From: Callorhinchus milii
Lineage: Eukaryota
Length of the DNA: 64,000 nucleotides
Assembly (NCBI RefSeq): GCF_018977255.1
Contig: NW_024704758.1
Span: 5,704,001 to 5,768,000 of the forward strand
Direction of reading: 5' to 3'
Shown one piece after another: positions 1 through 11,800 of this stretch. Each line of letters opens with the position of its first letter. Position 1 is the first letter of the stretch. The position numbers and the translations under genes were made by a program. The notes beneath the pieces are model-generated. The model saw only the letters and a list, made by a program, of their open reading frames with translations. It made no database searches and was not told the DNA's origin.

Positions 1-137
1 GCAATTGGCTGCCGCGTTCGCCCACAAATATACAGTCAATTCACTTTACAGTGTGTTCTGTGAAACGCTTTGGGACGTCCTCCCGACGTGAAAAGCGCTA
101 TATCAAATGCAAGGATTATTATTATTATTATTATTAT
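1..137 (+). mobile_element. SINE 3' part ending in (ATT)n
   Basis: Matches the reverse complement of the 35200-35350 SINE tail. Confidence 0.85.
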
Positions 138-415
138 AGAACAATCGCTGCCTTTGAGACAGCGCCTTATCCCGTCTTTGAGACGTCTCAAAGCGCTTCA
201 AAGGATACACTGTGGAATGAGTTGACTGTATATTTTGTGGGCGAAACGCGGCGGCTAATTGCACACGGCAGCTTCCCACGAACAGTCGTGCATCGAGCGA
301 CCAAATTATTTATTTTGGAAGGGATTATTACCCCCGGAAAAGTGATCCCCCGATCGACTAACAACCGGGTTCCTACACACTGGAAGCTCAACAGAGCCAC
401 GTTGAGTAAGCACGG
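138..415 (-). mobile_element. SINE fragment (copy also at ~24411-24690)
   Basis: Same SINE body and tail, diverged. Confidence 0.7.
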
Positions 416-529
416 TCAGTAAGTTGAGATTCACGACCACGAGGTGAATGATCAATTAACCTGGAGGATTGAAACATAGAAGAGGGTTGTGGTGGACACC
501 GGCTTTTGCCCCGACACTGTCCTGAGGGA

Positions 530-900
530 CCACAACAACAAAATATCATAGTGCCTTTCAAGTCAGGAGGACATCCCAAGGTGCTGGACAGTCAGGGATC
601 TGCACCCGAGCTGGTAGCTGCGATCAGGAGGGGTGAAAGGCGGGGAGGGTAGGTGTGGCCGATGACATGGTCAAAGAGGAGGGTCTTGAAAGAGGCAAGA
701 GAGGGGTTGAGGTAGAGGAACCGTGGGATGGAGTTTCAGAGGGTGGGGGCAGTGAGGCTGATGGCCTTCATGTCATTGGTGAGGTGGACAAGGCGGGGGA
801 CGTGAAGCAGGCTGGAGCCCACTGAGCAGCGGGAACGGATAGGTTTAGAGAGGGTTAAGAGGTCACAGAGGTAGGGAGGACCGTCCTGAGCGAAGGGCAC
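530..900 (-). mobile_element. L2 LINE 3' fragment (copy at ~24805-25175)
   Basis: Similar to the 3' end of the 61830-63470 L2. Confidence 0.7.
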
Positions 901-2856
901 TCTGGTTGTTCTCATCTCTCTTGAACATCCAATGCATGTCAAACTTTTAGCGTGTAGGACATGTGTCCAAAACATTTCCCCTTTATGGTTCTGTACCTCT
1001 GGGGATTAGTGTGGAGAGGCTTCCTCTGGCCCATTTGCAAAATCAGGATCAAGGAATGAGATGGATTTGAGATAAACAGAGGCTGTCAGTAAGGAAGGTT
1101 CCAGCCTACGCTTACCTGCCACTGGGCACAGTGGAGGCAGAGTGATCTTCGCAGCACACCAATTTTACGCTTCCTCACATGAGGACCTGCAATAAACAGT
1201 TGATGCTGAGTAAGACAGGTGACAGGAGTTGGATAGCATTGGACTTGGCTGATACATCACATGCTGTTCTGTGAAGCGCTCTGAGACGCTACAATCTGTG
1301 GAGGAAGCTATGAAAGTGCAAGTTGTTGTAAAGGTCTTCGCCCTGAACTGAAGACAGGTATCCATCAGATAGATGATGAGAAAACTCTCAGCTTAGGGTG
1401 ACAACTGCTGGAAGGCATTACCTGGAATTTGAGTTTGTGAACAAACGTTCATATATATCCAGGGCTTGAAATCCACCATGATTGGTACGTAGAGAGGTAA
1501 GCTGCTGCTGCTCAAGCTCTGACCTCCAAACTGGCGGAACCATTACTCGATGTGTGTCTGTGCTGTGGACAGGAAGATGGTGGCAATGCTCTTGATGCAT
1601 TTCATGCTGAGCTGTGCTGCTCCCTCAGAGCAAAGAGTTCCTGCTCCCTGCCATCCACCTTGCGAGGGCTCAAACTCATGCTTGTCAGTTAGTGACTGTC
1701 CTCCTGAAAGTGGCTCCAAGGTGACTTGTTGGCAACAGAATGTCGGAATTCAGTCAACCCTCTGCGGTGGTCTGAGTCGTGCAGATCCTGAGCCAGGTGG
1801 GTCTGCAGTATTCCGTGGAACTGCTGTTGACAGCCCAGACAGCCTGCTTTATAAGTAAGACTTTGAGGGGCAGTCCAGATAGTGGGGAAGGGATTCTTCC
1901 CACTCAGCTGTTTTTAACCCCGCAAGCCAGAGCCTTCATGGGTACGATGGTCCAAGTTGGACAAGCAGTGGGAAGCCTGCCAGACGGCATTTCAATGGCA
2001 AGCTTCCCACTGCTTGTCCACCTTCAGCTGGTTATTTAGCTGGTTAAGCTTCAGCAGTAAACCAACGCATGTCACAGTCCAAGGTCTCCAAGGCTTGACT
2101 CTTGCAACCGTGTACCTAACACATCCTCTCACACCCGGAGTTAGGTAAGCATCACTCACTGAGGTCAGAAGATCTCAGCCTGGAATCAGCACCATTCTCC
2201 ACAGCGATAGAGCTTGTACTCAGCGTTGACAAGAAGCCACATTCACAAAGCCAGATGCATACACAACATGGCAGCACCTCCATGGACACCACAGTACCCC
2301 ATTTCCAGCACCTTGGCACGTCCTCTTGACGTGAAAGGCACTATACAAATGTAATTTGTTGTTGTTGTTCACAGGTCACAGTCTGTGCATTTAATGACAG
2401 TAATGGGTATCATGGTTTGGGATTCTTTCTACTAACTGACTCGGAGCAGGAATCTGGGAAACATTCAGCTGAAGCACCTCAGTGAAAAACAAAACTAGTG
2501 TGCGAGCATTTAATAACAGACTGTAGCAAAGCACTTACACATTAACTCAGCTCTCAGCAAACATTAAAGCAAATTTCATGTCAAACAAATCGCCTTCAGG
2601 AAATTAACAAAATTCACAGTAATTCTCCATAATTCTGCAAAACCGATATATTTCTTCGCTCTTCAGCAACTGACAAAGTTGATGAATATTCATATTCATT
2701 GTGGGTTGTCAGGAGGATGTTTACAGAATCAATAGCCATGACGATGACCGTAGCTCTTGTGAACACTCAGTGGATGTGTCAGGTGCGTAACAAGGGGGAG
2801 ACTGGCAATCGCACTATCCTCACAAACCATCCGTCTGGCGACTGGAAGACTGAAAG

Positions 2857-2870
2857 TTAATTCCCACCGT
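2857..2870 (-). CDS. A1 terminal coding exon (DGGN-stop)
   Basis: Acceptor tttcctttgatttag, phase 1, TAA after 14 nt; homologous exons follow the last Ig exon in all three genes. Confidence 0.6.
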
Positions 2871-5800
2871 CTAAATCAAAGGAAATTTCAATATATTAAT
2901 CACCCAAACAACACATTGTAATCCACAAACAGATCTCAAACAACTTCTGTTTCACATTATGAGAGAAACTCTTCTTTTATCAACAAATCTACTGAGCAAG
3001 AGATGTGTGTGAGTATGTGTGTTGTGTTTCTGTGTGTGTATGTGTGATTATGTGTGTGTGGATGTGAAAAATTAAGCAAGTGGGTGAAAATATGTGAGTT
3101 TGATAGATTGAATAAGTGGGTGACAGAGAGGGAGAGTGATTGACATTGTGTGTGAGTATGTGAGCGAGGGAATGTGTATGAGCGATAGAGTTGATGGCTG
3201 AGAAACAGATCATGGCTGAGTGACAAAGATAATGAGTGACAAATGGAGTGAGTGAGCAAGCGAGCGACAGAGATCGTGAGTAAGTAAGAGTAGATTTATG
3301 AGTGTGTTTCCACATCGTAAGAATTGTGGAAGACAGAAAGATGCAGAAATTATAAGCTATCTCTGACATTGTGCCTGCAATGTCAATGAATAAAGCACAA
3401 CTTCACACACAGCATATCCATTGGAGAGTTTTCTCATTGATTTCCAGGATTGTATAAACCCTTAGTCTTGTCAGAATCATTAGCTGAACACTGTGGAGCG
3501 ATGCGTGAGAGATGGCAAGGACATCGCTCAGAGGGAGAACTTACCTGTAACTTGTAATGTTACAGACTCAATAAGAGGCTCTTGGAGGGCCTCATGGACA
3601 ACCTCAACCATTAATTCAGCTCCGTCATCCTTAGAGGGGTCAGCACACATCGAAACACTGCAGTTTACACTGAACATCCCATTATTCTTCCGCACATAGT
3701 GGGGCATCACAGCAGTGAAGGAGCCATCTTCCTCACAGCCCTCTGTGACATTTTCAAGGGGAACACTGGCCGTCTTAGCTTCCTGTGGTTCCCCGTCTTT
3801 CTTTGGGATCCTCCAATGAAAGACTTTCTTTTTCTCCTGCTCCCCTTTCCTCTTCACGTAGGTAACAATGGAGATGGCCCGTGGGCTGAAGCCAACAACT
3901 GCCCAGCTCAGGCTGGCCAGCTCCCCGGGCGTGATCTCAGAGGGTTTCTTGATTTCAGTGATTGTGGGAGGAACTAGAAAACAATAATGTGTGTTAAATG
4001 GACGCTATAGTGTAATTCTATAACATGCTTCAGTTTGACAAACGCTCATTCAAAATTATATCCAGAGCGACAACCCATAAATAATCACTCAATACTGCAG
4101 AGGACACCAGACAAGTGCTGGAGAAAGGGGATAAGCTGCATTTTTATATATCATCAAAAACCACAACCTTAGGCATACCTGTACTTCGTTATATCAGCAT
4201 TTGCATGTATTCATCGTACAACTACGCACTTCGGAACACATGTCAACACACATACATGAATGCAGCTCTTACCTCCTGTAACATGTAATGTCATAGTTGT
4301 AGTGAGAGGAATCTTAAGAGCCTTGTGATTCACTTCGACAATTAGCTCAGCTCTATCATCCCTGCACATATCAGCAGTTATCCAAATGCTGCAGTTTACA
4401 CTGAATGTCCCATTGTTCTTCCTCACACAGTGGGGTGTCACAGAAGTGATGGCGTCATCTTCTTCACAGCGATCCCTCACGTCTGTGAGAGCAGTGCTCC
4501 CCATCTTTGCTTCGTCATCTATTCCTCCCTTCTCTGGGATACGCCAGTGAAACAGCCTCTTCTCTTTCAGCTCCCCTTTCCTCTTCAGCAAGAAAACAAT
4601 GGAAATGGGCTTTGGAGTGAACCCGGTGACTGACCAACTCAGACGGGCCACTTCACTATGTTTAATCTCGGGACGCAAGTCAATTTCAGTCACCGTAGGA
4701 GCAACTATAAAACAGACATAAACGGGTAAGGCTGGTATTAATGAACACTCAAGAAACATGCTATAGAATTCCTAGAGACTTCAGCCAAATGGGACCCCAC
4801 AATGTGCATTCGGATAACTGCTGGCAAATGGTCTTCTCAGTTAATACTGGTTGTGAATCCAGGAGTTATCCGAATGCACACTTCTCTCTGGACACCACAC
4901 TGATAGCAGAACCTACCTCCAGGAACTTGTAATTTTATTCTCTCAATGCAAGTGTCACGGTCATTGAGAGCCTCGTGCTTAACCTGAACAGTTAATTCAG
5001 CTTCATTATCCGTGGACGCATCAGGAGTCACGGTGATGCTGCACATTACTCTGAAGGTTCCGTCTTTGTGTTTGTCTTGTTCACATTTGGGCACCTGAGC
5101 AGTGAATGAGGCATCTTTATTGCGTCCATCTGATAGGTCTTTGAGAGAAAAGGCACTTGTCTTCCCTTCAAATGTTTTCTTATCTTGAGCTTCCCAATGA
5201 AACAGTTGCCTTATTTGCTCTCCTTTCCTCTGTACACTGGAAATAATCGACATTTTCCCAGGAGTGAACCCAGTCACTGCCCATTGCAGCTCGGTTTTCT
5301 CACCGTGTTTAATTTCCTTGGGCTTGGACTCAATTGCAGTAATTTTAGGAGGAACTACAAAACAAAATGACAAACCTGATTTAAACATTCTAGTCTTTTT
5401 CTGTGTGAGACACAAATCAAATACACGGAAACAAGTGAAAAGCCTGCACATCATGGCAGAGGGCACGAGGCTGAAGCTGTTGAATAATGTTAAACTCCGT
5501 CATAAGCTCACAGTCTGTCTGAGCCTCCAGTAATCTGCAAGTGCTGCTCCCATATAGGGAGCACACAGTCATTTTGACAAATAATTAATTTAAAGTTCTA
5601 CATTTTATCCCAACTGAATACAAGAGAAATGAAGAGAAAAAGTGGGAATGAAGGACAAAGAGAGACAGGAAGAGAGGGAGAGATCTTCACACAGAGGGAG
5701 AGACATAGACAATGGGAGACACTCCCTTTTCTTTTCGATGGTGCTGTGGGATTTTTAACATTTAGCTGATATTAACATTCTAGTTATCCCAATGCACACT

Positions 5801-8800
5801 TCTCTCTGGACACAACACTGATAGCAGAACCTACCTCCAGTAACGTGTAATTTTATTCTCTCAATGCAAGTGTCACGGTTATTGAGAGCCTCGTGCTTAA
5901 CCTCAACAATTAATTCAGCTTCATTATCCGTGGACGCATCAGGAGTCACGGTGATGCTGCACATTACTCTGAAGGTTCCGCCTTTGTGTTTGTCTTGTTC
6001 ACATTTGGGCACCTGAGCAGTGAATGAGGCATCTTTATTGCGTCCATCTGATAGGTCTTTGAGAGACAAGGCACTTGTCTTCCCTTCAAATGTTTTCTTA
6101 TCTTGAGCTTCCCAATGAAACAGTTGCCTTATTTGCTCTCCATTCCTCTGTAGACTGGAAATAATCGACATTTTCCCAGGAGTGAACCCAGTCACTGCCC
6201 ATTGCAGCTCGGTTTTCTCACCATGTTTAATTTCCTTGGGCTTGGACTCAATTGCAGTAATTTTAGGAGGAACTACAAAACAAAATGACAAACCTGATAT
6301 AAACATTCTAGTCTTTTTCTGTGTGAGACACAAATCAAATACACGGAAACAAGTGAAAAACCTGCACATCATGGCAGAGGGCACCAGGCTGGAGCTGTAG
6401 AATGAAGTTAAACTCCATCTTAAGCGCACAGCCCGTCTGAGCCTCCAGTAACCTGCAAGAGCAGCCCCCAGACAGGGTGCACACTGTCATTTTGACAAAT
6501 AAATAATTTAAAGTTCTACATTTTATCCCAACTGAATACAAGCGAAAGGAAGAGAGAAAGTGGGAAAGAGAGACAAAGGGAGACAGTAAGAGAGGGAGAG
6601 ATCTTCACACAGAGGGAGAGACATAGACACTGGGAGACACTCCCTTTTCTTTTCGATGGAGCTGTGAGATTTTTAACATTTAGCTGAATAGTTAGGCGGG
6701 ACTATGGTTCAACAACCAAACCAAAAACGGCACCTCCAGCATCGCACGGCTCCCCCAACACACACTGCAGTGTCATCCTAAGAAAGAGTTTAACTGAAAG
6801 TTGTGTGTGAGAAAAACAACTTTCAGGAGACAAGAGCTAATTTCTCTCACTGGCCATTCACTGTTCACTCCCCAACCTTAGAAAGCTGACTTATCTCACA
6901 GATACTGTTTCCTTGCTTATAATGCCTATAAGCAAGAAGAGTGACCTGAAAGCATGGTTGTTTGTTACTTCGGCAATGTGCACTGAACTGGGGAACATGC
7001 TGTGAGTTGGCACATTTGCGGTTAAAGTTCAGACATTGCTGAAACAGGCTGAGTATATGTATGGGCTACTAATCACAAGATAGAGAGAGAGGAGAAAGAG
7101 AGAGAGAGGCAGGCCAAGGAAAAGAAACTGAGAAGTAAGAGACCACATGAGCTCACTCAGGGGAAAGGTAACTGATCACTGCTACTTCTGAGTTAGTCAC
7201 TACTTTATCTGGAAACTTGGATACTGTCTGGTACGTGTATAACCATTGTCTTCAGAACTTATTTAATAAAGGAAACTGGAATTTGAAATTGATTTACTTG
7301 TGGAGACAATTTGGGAGAAGCTTATTGCTCAGCAATGGTTTTTATTGGGACAAAAATATCTATATACCTAACATCCTTAAAGTGATAGATAACCACAGTG
7401 CTGATCAGGGGGTGAGCTTTGATTATATTTTCCACTTATTACCAGGAATTCTTCTGTCTCAGCTCAGACAGCAAACGTGGGCAGGAGATTCACACACAGA
7501 GACCAAATGGACAGCATAGCTACTGCCTCGGTCAGATCAGATCAGATCCCAGAACAGCACTTGAAACTTAGAGCTTCTGACCTGAGAAGCTCAACACTGT
7601 ACTGAGCAGTGACTTAAGCTGCTGGGCCATCGGGCAGCAATGGACAGCACAGCTACTGCCTCGGTCAGATCAGATCAGATCCCAGAACAGCACTTGAAAC
7701 TTAGAGCTTCTGACCTGAGAAGCTCAACACTACTGAGCAGTGACCTCAGCTGCTGGGCCAGCGGGGAGCAAATCATTACAATATCCTAAACATTGTTATA
7801 GAGCAGGTGGGACAGAGAGGACACCACACTGATAGCAGAACATACCTCCAGGAACTTGTAATTTTATTCTCTCAATGCAAGTGTCACGGTCATTGAGAGC
7901 CTCGTGCTTAACCTGAACAGTTAATTCAGCTTCATTATCCGTGGACGCATCAGGAGTCACGGTGATGCTGCACATTACTCTGAAGGTTCCGCCTTTGTGT
8001 TTGTCTTGTTCACATTCGGGCACCTGAGCAGTGAATGAGGCATCTTTATTGCGTCCATCTGATAGGTCTTTGAGAGAAAAGGCACTTGTCTTCCCTTCAA
8101 ATGTTTTCTTGTCTTGAGCTTCCCAATGAAACAGTTGCCTTATTTGCTCTCCATTCCTCTGTAGACTGGAAATAATCGACATTTTCCCAGGAGTGAACCC
8201 AGTCACTGCCCATTGCAGCTCGGTTTTCTCACCGTGTTTAATTTGCTTGGGCGTGGACTCAATTGTAGTAATTTTAGGAGGAACTACAAAACAAAATGAC
8301 AAACCTGATATAAACATTCTAGTCTTTTTCTGTGTGAGACACAAACCAAATACACGGAAACAAGTGAAAAGCCTGCACATCATGGCAGAGGGCACGAGGC
8401 TGAAGCTGTTGAATAATGTTAAACTCCGTCATAAGCTCACAGTCTGTCTGAGCCTCCAGTAATCTGCAAGTGCTGCTCCCAGATAGGGAGCACACAGTCA
8501 TTTTGACAAAAAATTAATTTAAAGTTCTATATTTTATCCCAACTGAATACAAGAGAAATGAAGAGAAAAAGTGGGAATGAGGGACAAAGAGAGACAGGAA
8601 GAGAGGGAGAGATCTTCACACAGAGGGAGAGACATAGACAATGGGAGACACTCAATTTTCTTTTCGATGGTGCTGTGGGATTTTTAACATTTAGCTAAAC
8701 AGTTAGGCGGGACTGTGGTTCAAAAACTGAACCAAAAGATAGCACCTCCAGCATTGCAGGGCTCCCCCAGGACACGTTGCAGTGCTATCCTTGGAAAGAG

Positions 8801-11800
8801 TTTAACTGAAAGTTGTGTGTGAGAAAACTGACTTTCAGGAGACAAGAGCTAATTTCCCTCACAGGCCTTTGTCCATTCCCCAACCGTAAAAAGCTGACAT
8901 ATCTCACAGATACTGTTTCCTTGCTTATAATGCCTATAAGCAATGTGAGTCACTTTAAAGCATGGTAGTTTGTAATTCTCACATTGCTTCACGCACAATT
9001 TATAATCTAAATCTTTAGCAAAGTTTCAGAAAGAGCTTCACACTATTACAGAGAACAGCAGACAATGCTGCAGACTGATGCTGAGCGGGACCATGACCAC
9101 AGAGTCTCATCACTTCTCCATCAACCTACAACAGAGCGACCCCCAAACACAACTACAACTAATCCTGCAAAATGTACACACTGTAATATTGTTACTCAGA
9201 GTACTTATGTCCTCTGCATAGTGTGTTGACAGCATTGAGGCTGTTCCTTCCCAGCTGCAAAGACGTGACCCTTGGATGAGATGTTAAACCAAAGTCTTGT
9301 TTGCCTGTTCAGTTGGGCATTAAAGATCCTGTGGCACTATTCAAAAAGAGAAGGGAGTTCTCCCGGTGTCCTGACCAACAATCGCCCTCAAAAANTTGAT
9401 TCACCGCTTTGGCTCTTTGTGAGACATTGCTGTGTGCAATTGTGCTGCCACATTTGCCTAAAAATACGCAGTCACTCCATTTCACAGTAAATCTTGTGAA
9501 GCACTTTGAGATGGTCCTCCAGACATAAGGCATTGTACCAAAATGCAAGGATTATTATTTTAGTCCTGTAGCATATTGGTTAGAGTTGACGTGTATCAAG
9601 CAACAGGACTCGGATTCAATTCTCGTACAGTGCAAAATCTAAATTTCCTTACGCCACACACCTGTTTACTTAGCAGTATGTGGTTGTTGATGGTGGATTG
9701 AGGATCACTTTCCAGCGTTAATAATCCCTCCAAAAAAATAATAATAATAATTTGGTCACTCAATCCACGATATTTGTGGGACACTGCTGTGAGTAATTGG
9801 CAACCGCATTTCAAATCTATTTCTGTGTCAAACAGAAACTGGAAACCAAATCCACAGAAACGAGTGAAAAGCCTGCACGTCATGGCAAAAGGCACCAGGC
9901 TGGAACTGTATATCTATATCAAAACGCAAGGATTATTATTATTATTATTTATATCCTCTGCACGGTGTGCATAAAGGCTGTTACTTTCCAGCTGCAAAGA
10001 TCTGATCTGCCCAATATCGTGAAGGTGAGAGATGTCCACAGTGCTGATCAGGAGATGAGCTTTGCTCATTTCATCTATTAATTACCAGGGTTTCTCATGT
10101 CTCAGCCAAGACAGTCAATGTGGGCAGACGATTCACACACAGAGACCAAATGGAGGAGCACAGCTACTGCCCCACCTCAGCTGAGTGCACCTGGGGGGAG
10201 GGGGNAAGCGTTGGTGGGCAGGGTCTCCACTGAGATGAGCTGGCTACAAGATGCTAATAATCTTTATAATCCTTGCAACTGATATAACACCTTAGCACGT
10301 CATCCAGACGTCTCATAGCGCTTCAAGGATTTTAAAGTGAAGTACATTGACTGTGTATTTGAAGGGAGAATGTGTCAGTCAATTTGCACACAGCAGTGTT
10401 CCACAAACAGCCATGAAGTAAGTGATGCATTTTATTTGGGAGATTGTTGGCCAGGACATGGGGACAAACTCCCTTCTCTTTTTGAACAGCTTGAGAACGG
10501 AATATTGGAATCCAGTCAATCCTCTGGAACAGTCTTGGAAGTTAAGTTCCCGATCCAAGTGGCTTCACAACAATCCAGAGCACTGCTGATTATACACCAG
10601 CAGCCTGGCTCGTCGACAGGCCTCAGACAGGAAGACCAGTGACTGGAATCAGGGATTCTACCCACTCAGATCTTGGTAATCCTGAAAGCCAAAGCCTTAA
10701 CAAGTAGCGCAGTCCTACCTGGAAACAGCAAGCTCTGTGCGTTTCCCTTTTTAAGCTCCAGCAGTATCCCAGTGCACACTCAGTGGTCCCCAAGCCATGC
10801 GTCTTGCCAACCTGCACCAAATACTCTCTGGTATTAGGTAAGTAGGATGCATAACTACTGTGAGCGTTCCATTCTAAACACGGGGAAGTTTCCATGCGTA
10901 ACTGGCATATATGAACCGTCTGGTTTGGATATCCTGAAGCACAGTGACGGGTTTTCTCAAATGCCAGACACCCGGCTGCCCAAAATAAACAGATCAGTGA
11001 CCAGAGCAGCACGGAGCCAGCGACATTCTGACCAGAGAGGCTCAGGGCTTCACTGAATGGGGACCTCAGTCGCTGGATCATCGGGAAGGAAACTGTTACT
11101 TTATCCTAAATATTGTCACAGAGCACGTGGTACAGAGAGGACACAATACTGATGGCTGAACCTACCTCCAGCAATGTTTATTCCGAAATGCTCAGTGAAA
11201 GGCACAGGCAATGCCTCATGATTAACCTGAACAATTAAAACAGCTCCATCATCCGTGGCCTCATGAGGAGTCATAACGATTCTGTAATTTACTCTGAAGG
11301 TTCCGTCTTTGGTGTCAGGTTCACATTTGGGCACCTCAGCAGTGAAGGCGGCATCTTTACTGTTTCTGTCTGATCGGTCCTCAAGAGGAAAGGATTTTGT
11401 TGAACTTCGAAATGCTTTCTTATTTGGAATTTCCCAGTGAAACAGTTGTCTTAGTGGCTGTTCTTTCCTCTGTAGACTGTAAACAATCGAGATGGTCCCA
11501 GGAGTAAACCCAGTCACTGCACATTGCAGCTCAGCTCTCTCACCATGTGTCATTTTCCTGGGTTTCGGAATTGTAATTTTAGGAGGAACTACAAAACAAA
11601 ATGACAAACCCGATGTAAACATTCAAATCTATTTCTGTGTCAACACAAACTGGAAACCAAATCCACAGAGACAAGTGAAAAGCCTGGACGTCATGGCAAA
11701 AGGCACCAGGCTGGAACTGTAGAATGGTGTTAAACTCCATCATAAGCGCACAGCCCGTCTGAGCCTCCAGTCACCTGCAAGAGCTGCTCCCAGACAGAGT

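Larger units (their letters stand above)
138..4893. repeat. Segmental duplication, copy 1 (copy 2 at 24411-29155)
   Basis: Colinear, high identity, offset ~24.27 kb; includes two Ig exons and the terminal exon. Confidence 0.95.
4870..8950. repeat. Three tandem exon-bearing units (exons 8, 7, 6)
   Basis: Exon plus flanking intron cassette repeated at offsets 918 and 2011. Confidence 0.9.

Noticed and set aside
51-422. 123-aa ORF (also 24324-24695) and other ORFs containing RRYIKCK or YYYY
   Set aside because: Chance frames across SINE tails and (ATT)n
1116-1186. Exon-like 71-nt segment on the minus strand with good AG/GT sites (copy near 25.4 kb)
   Set aside because: No recognisable product and no partner exons; could be a UTR exon or transposon relic, so unsupported
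2957-3369. His/Thr/Ser-rich minus-strand ORFs
   Set aside because: Translation of TG/CA low-complexity sequence
10337-11081. 100-150 aa ORFs repeated at ~13 kb and ~41 kb
   Set aside because: They lie in an interspersed repeat family; start and length differ between copies; no recognisable domain or splice structure
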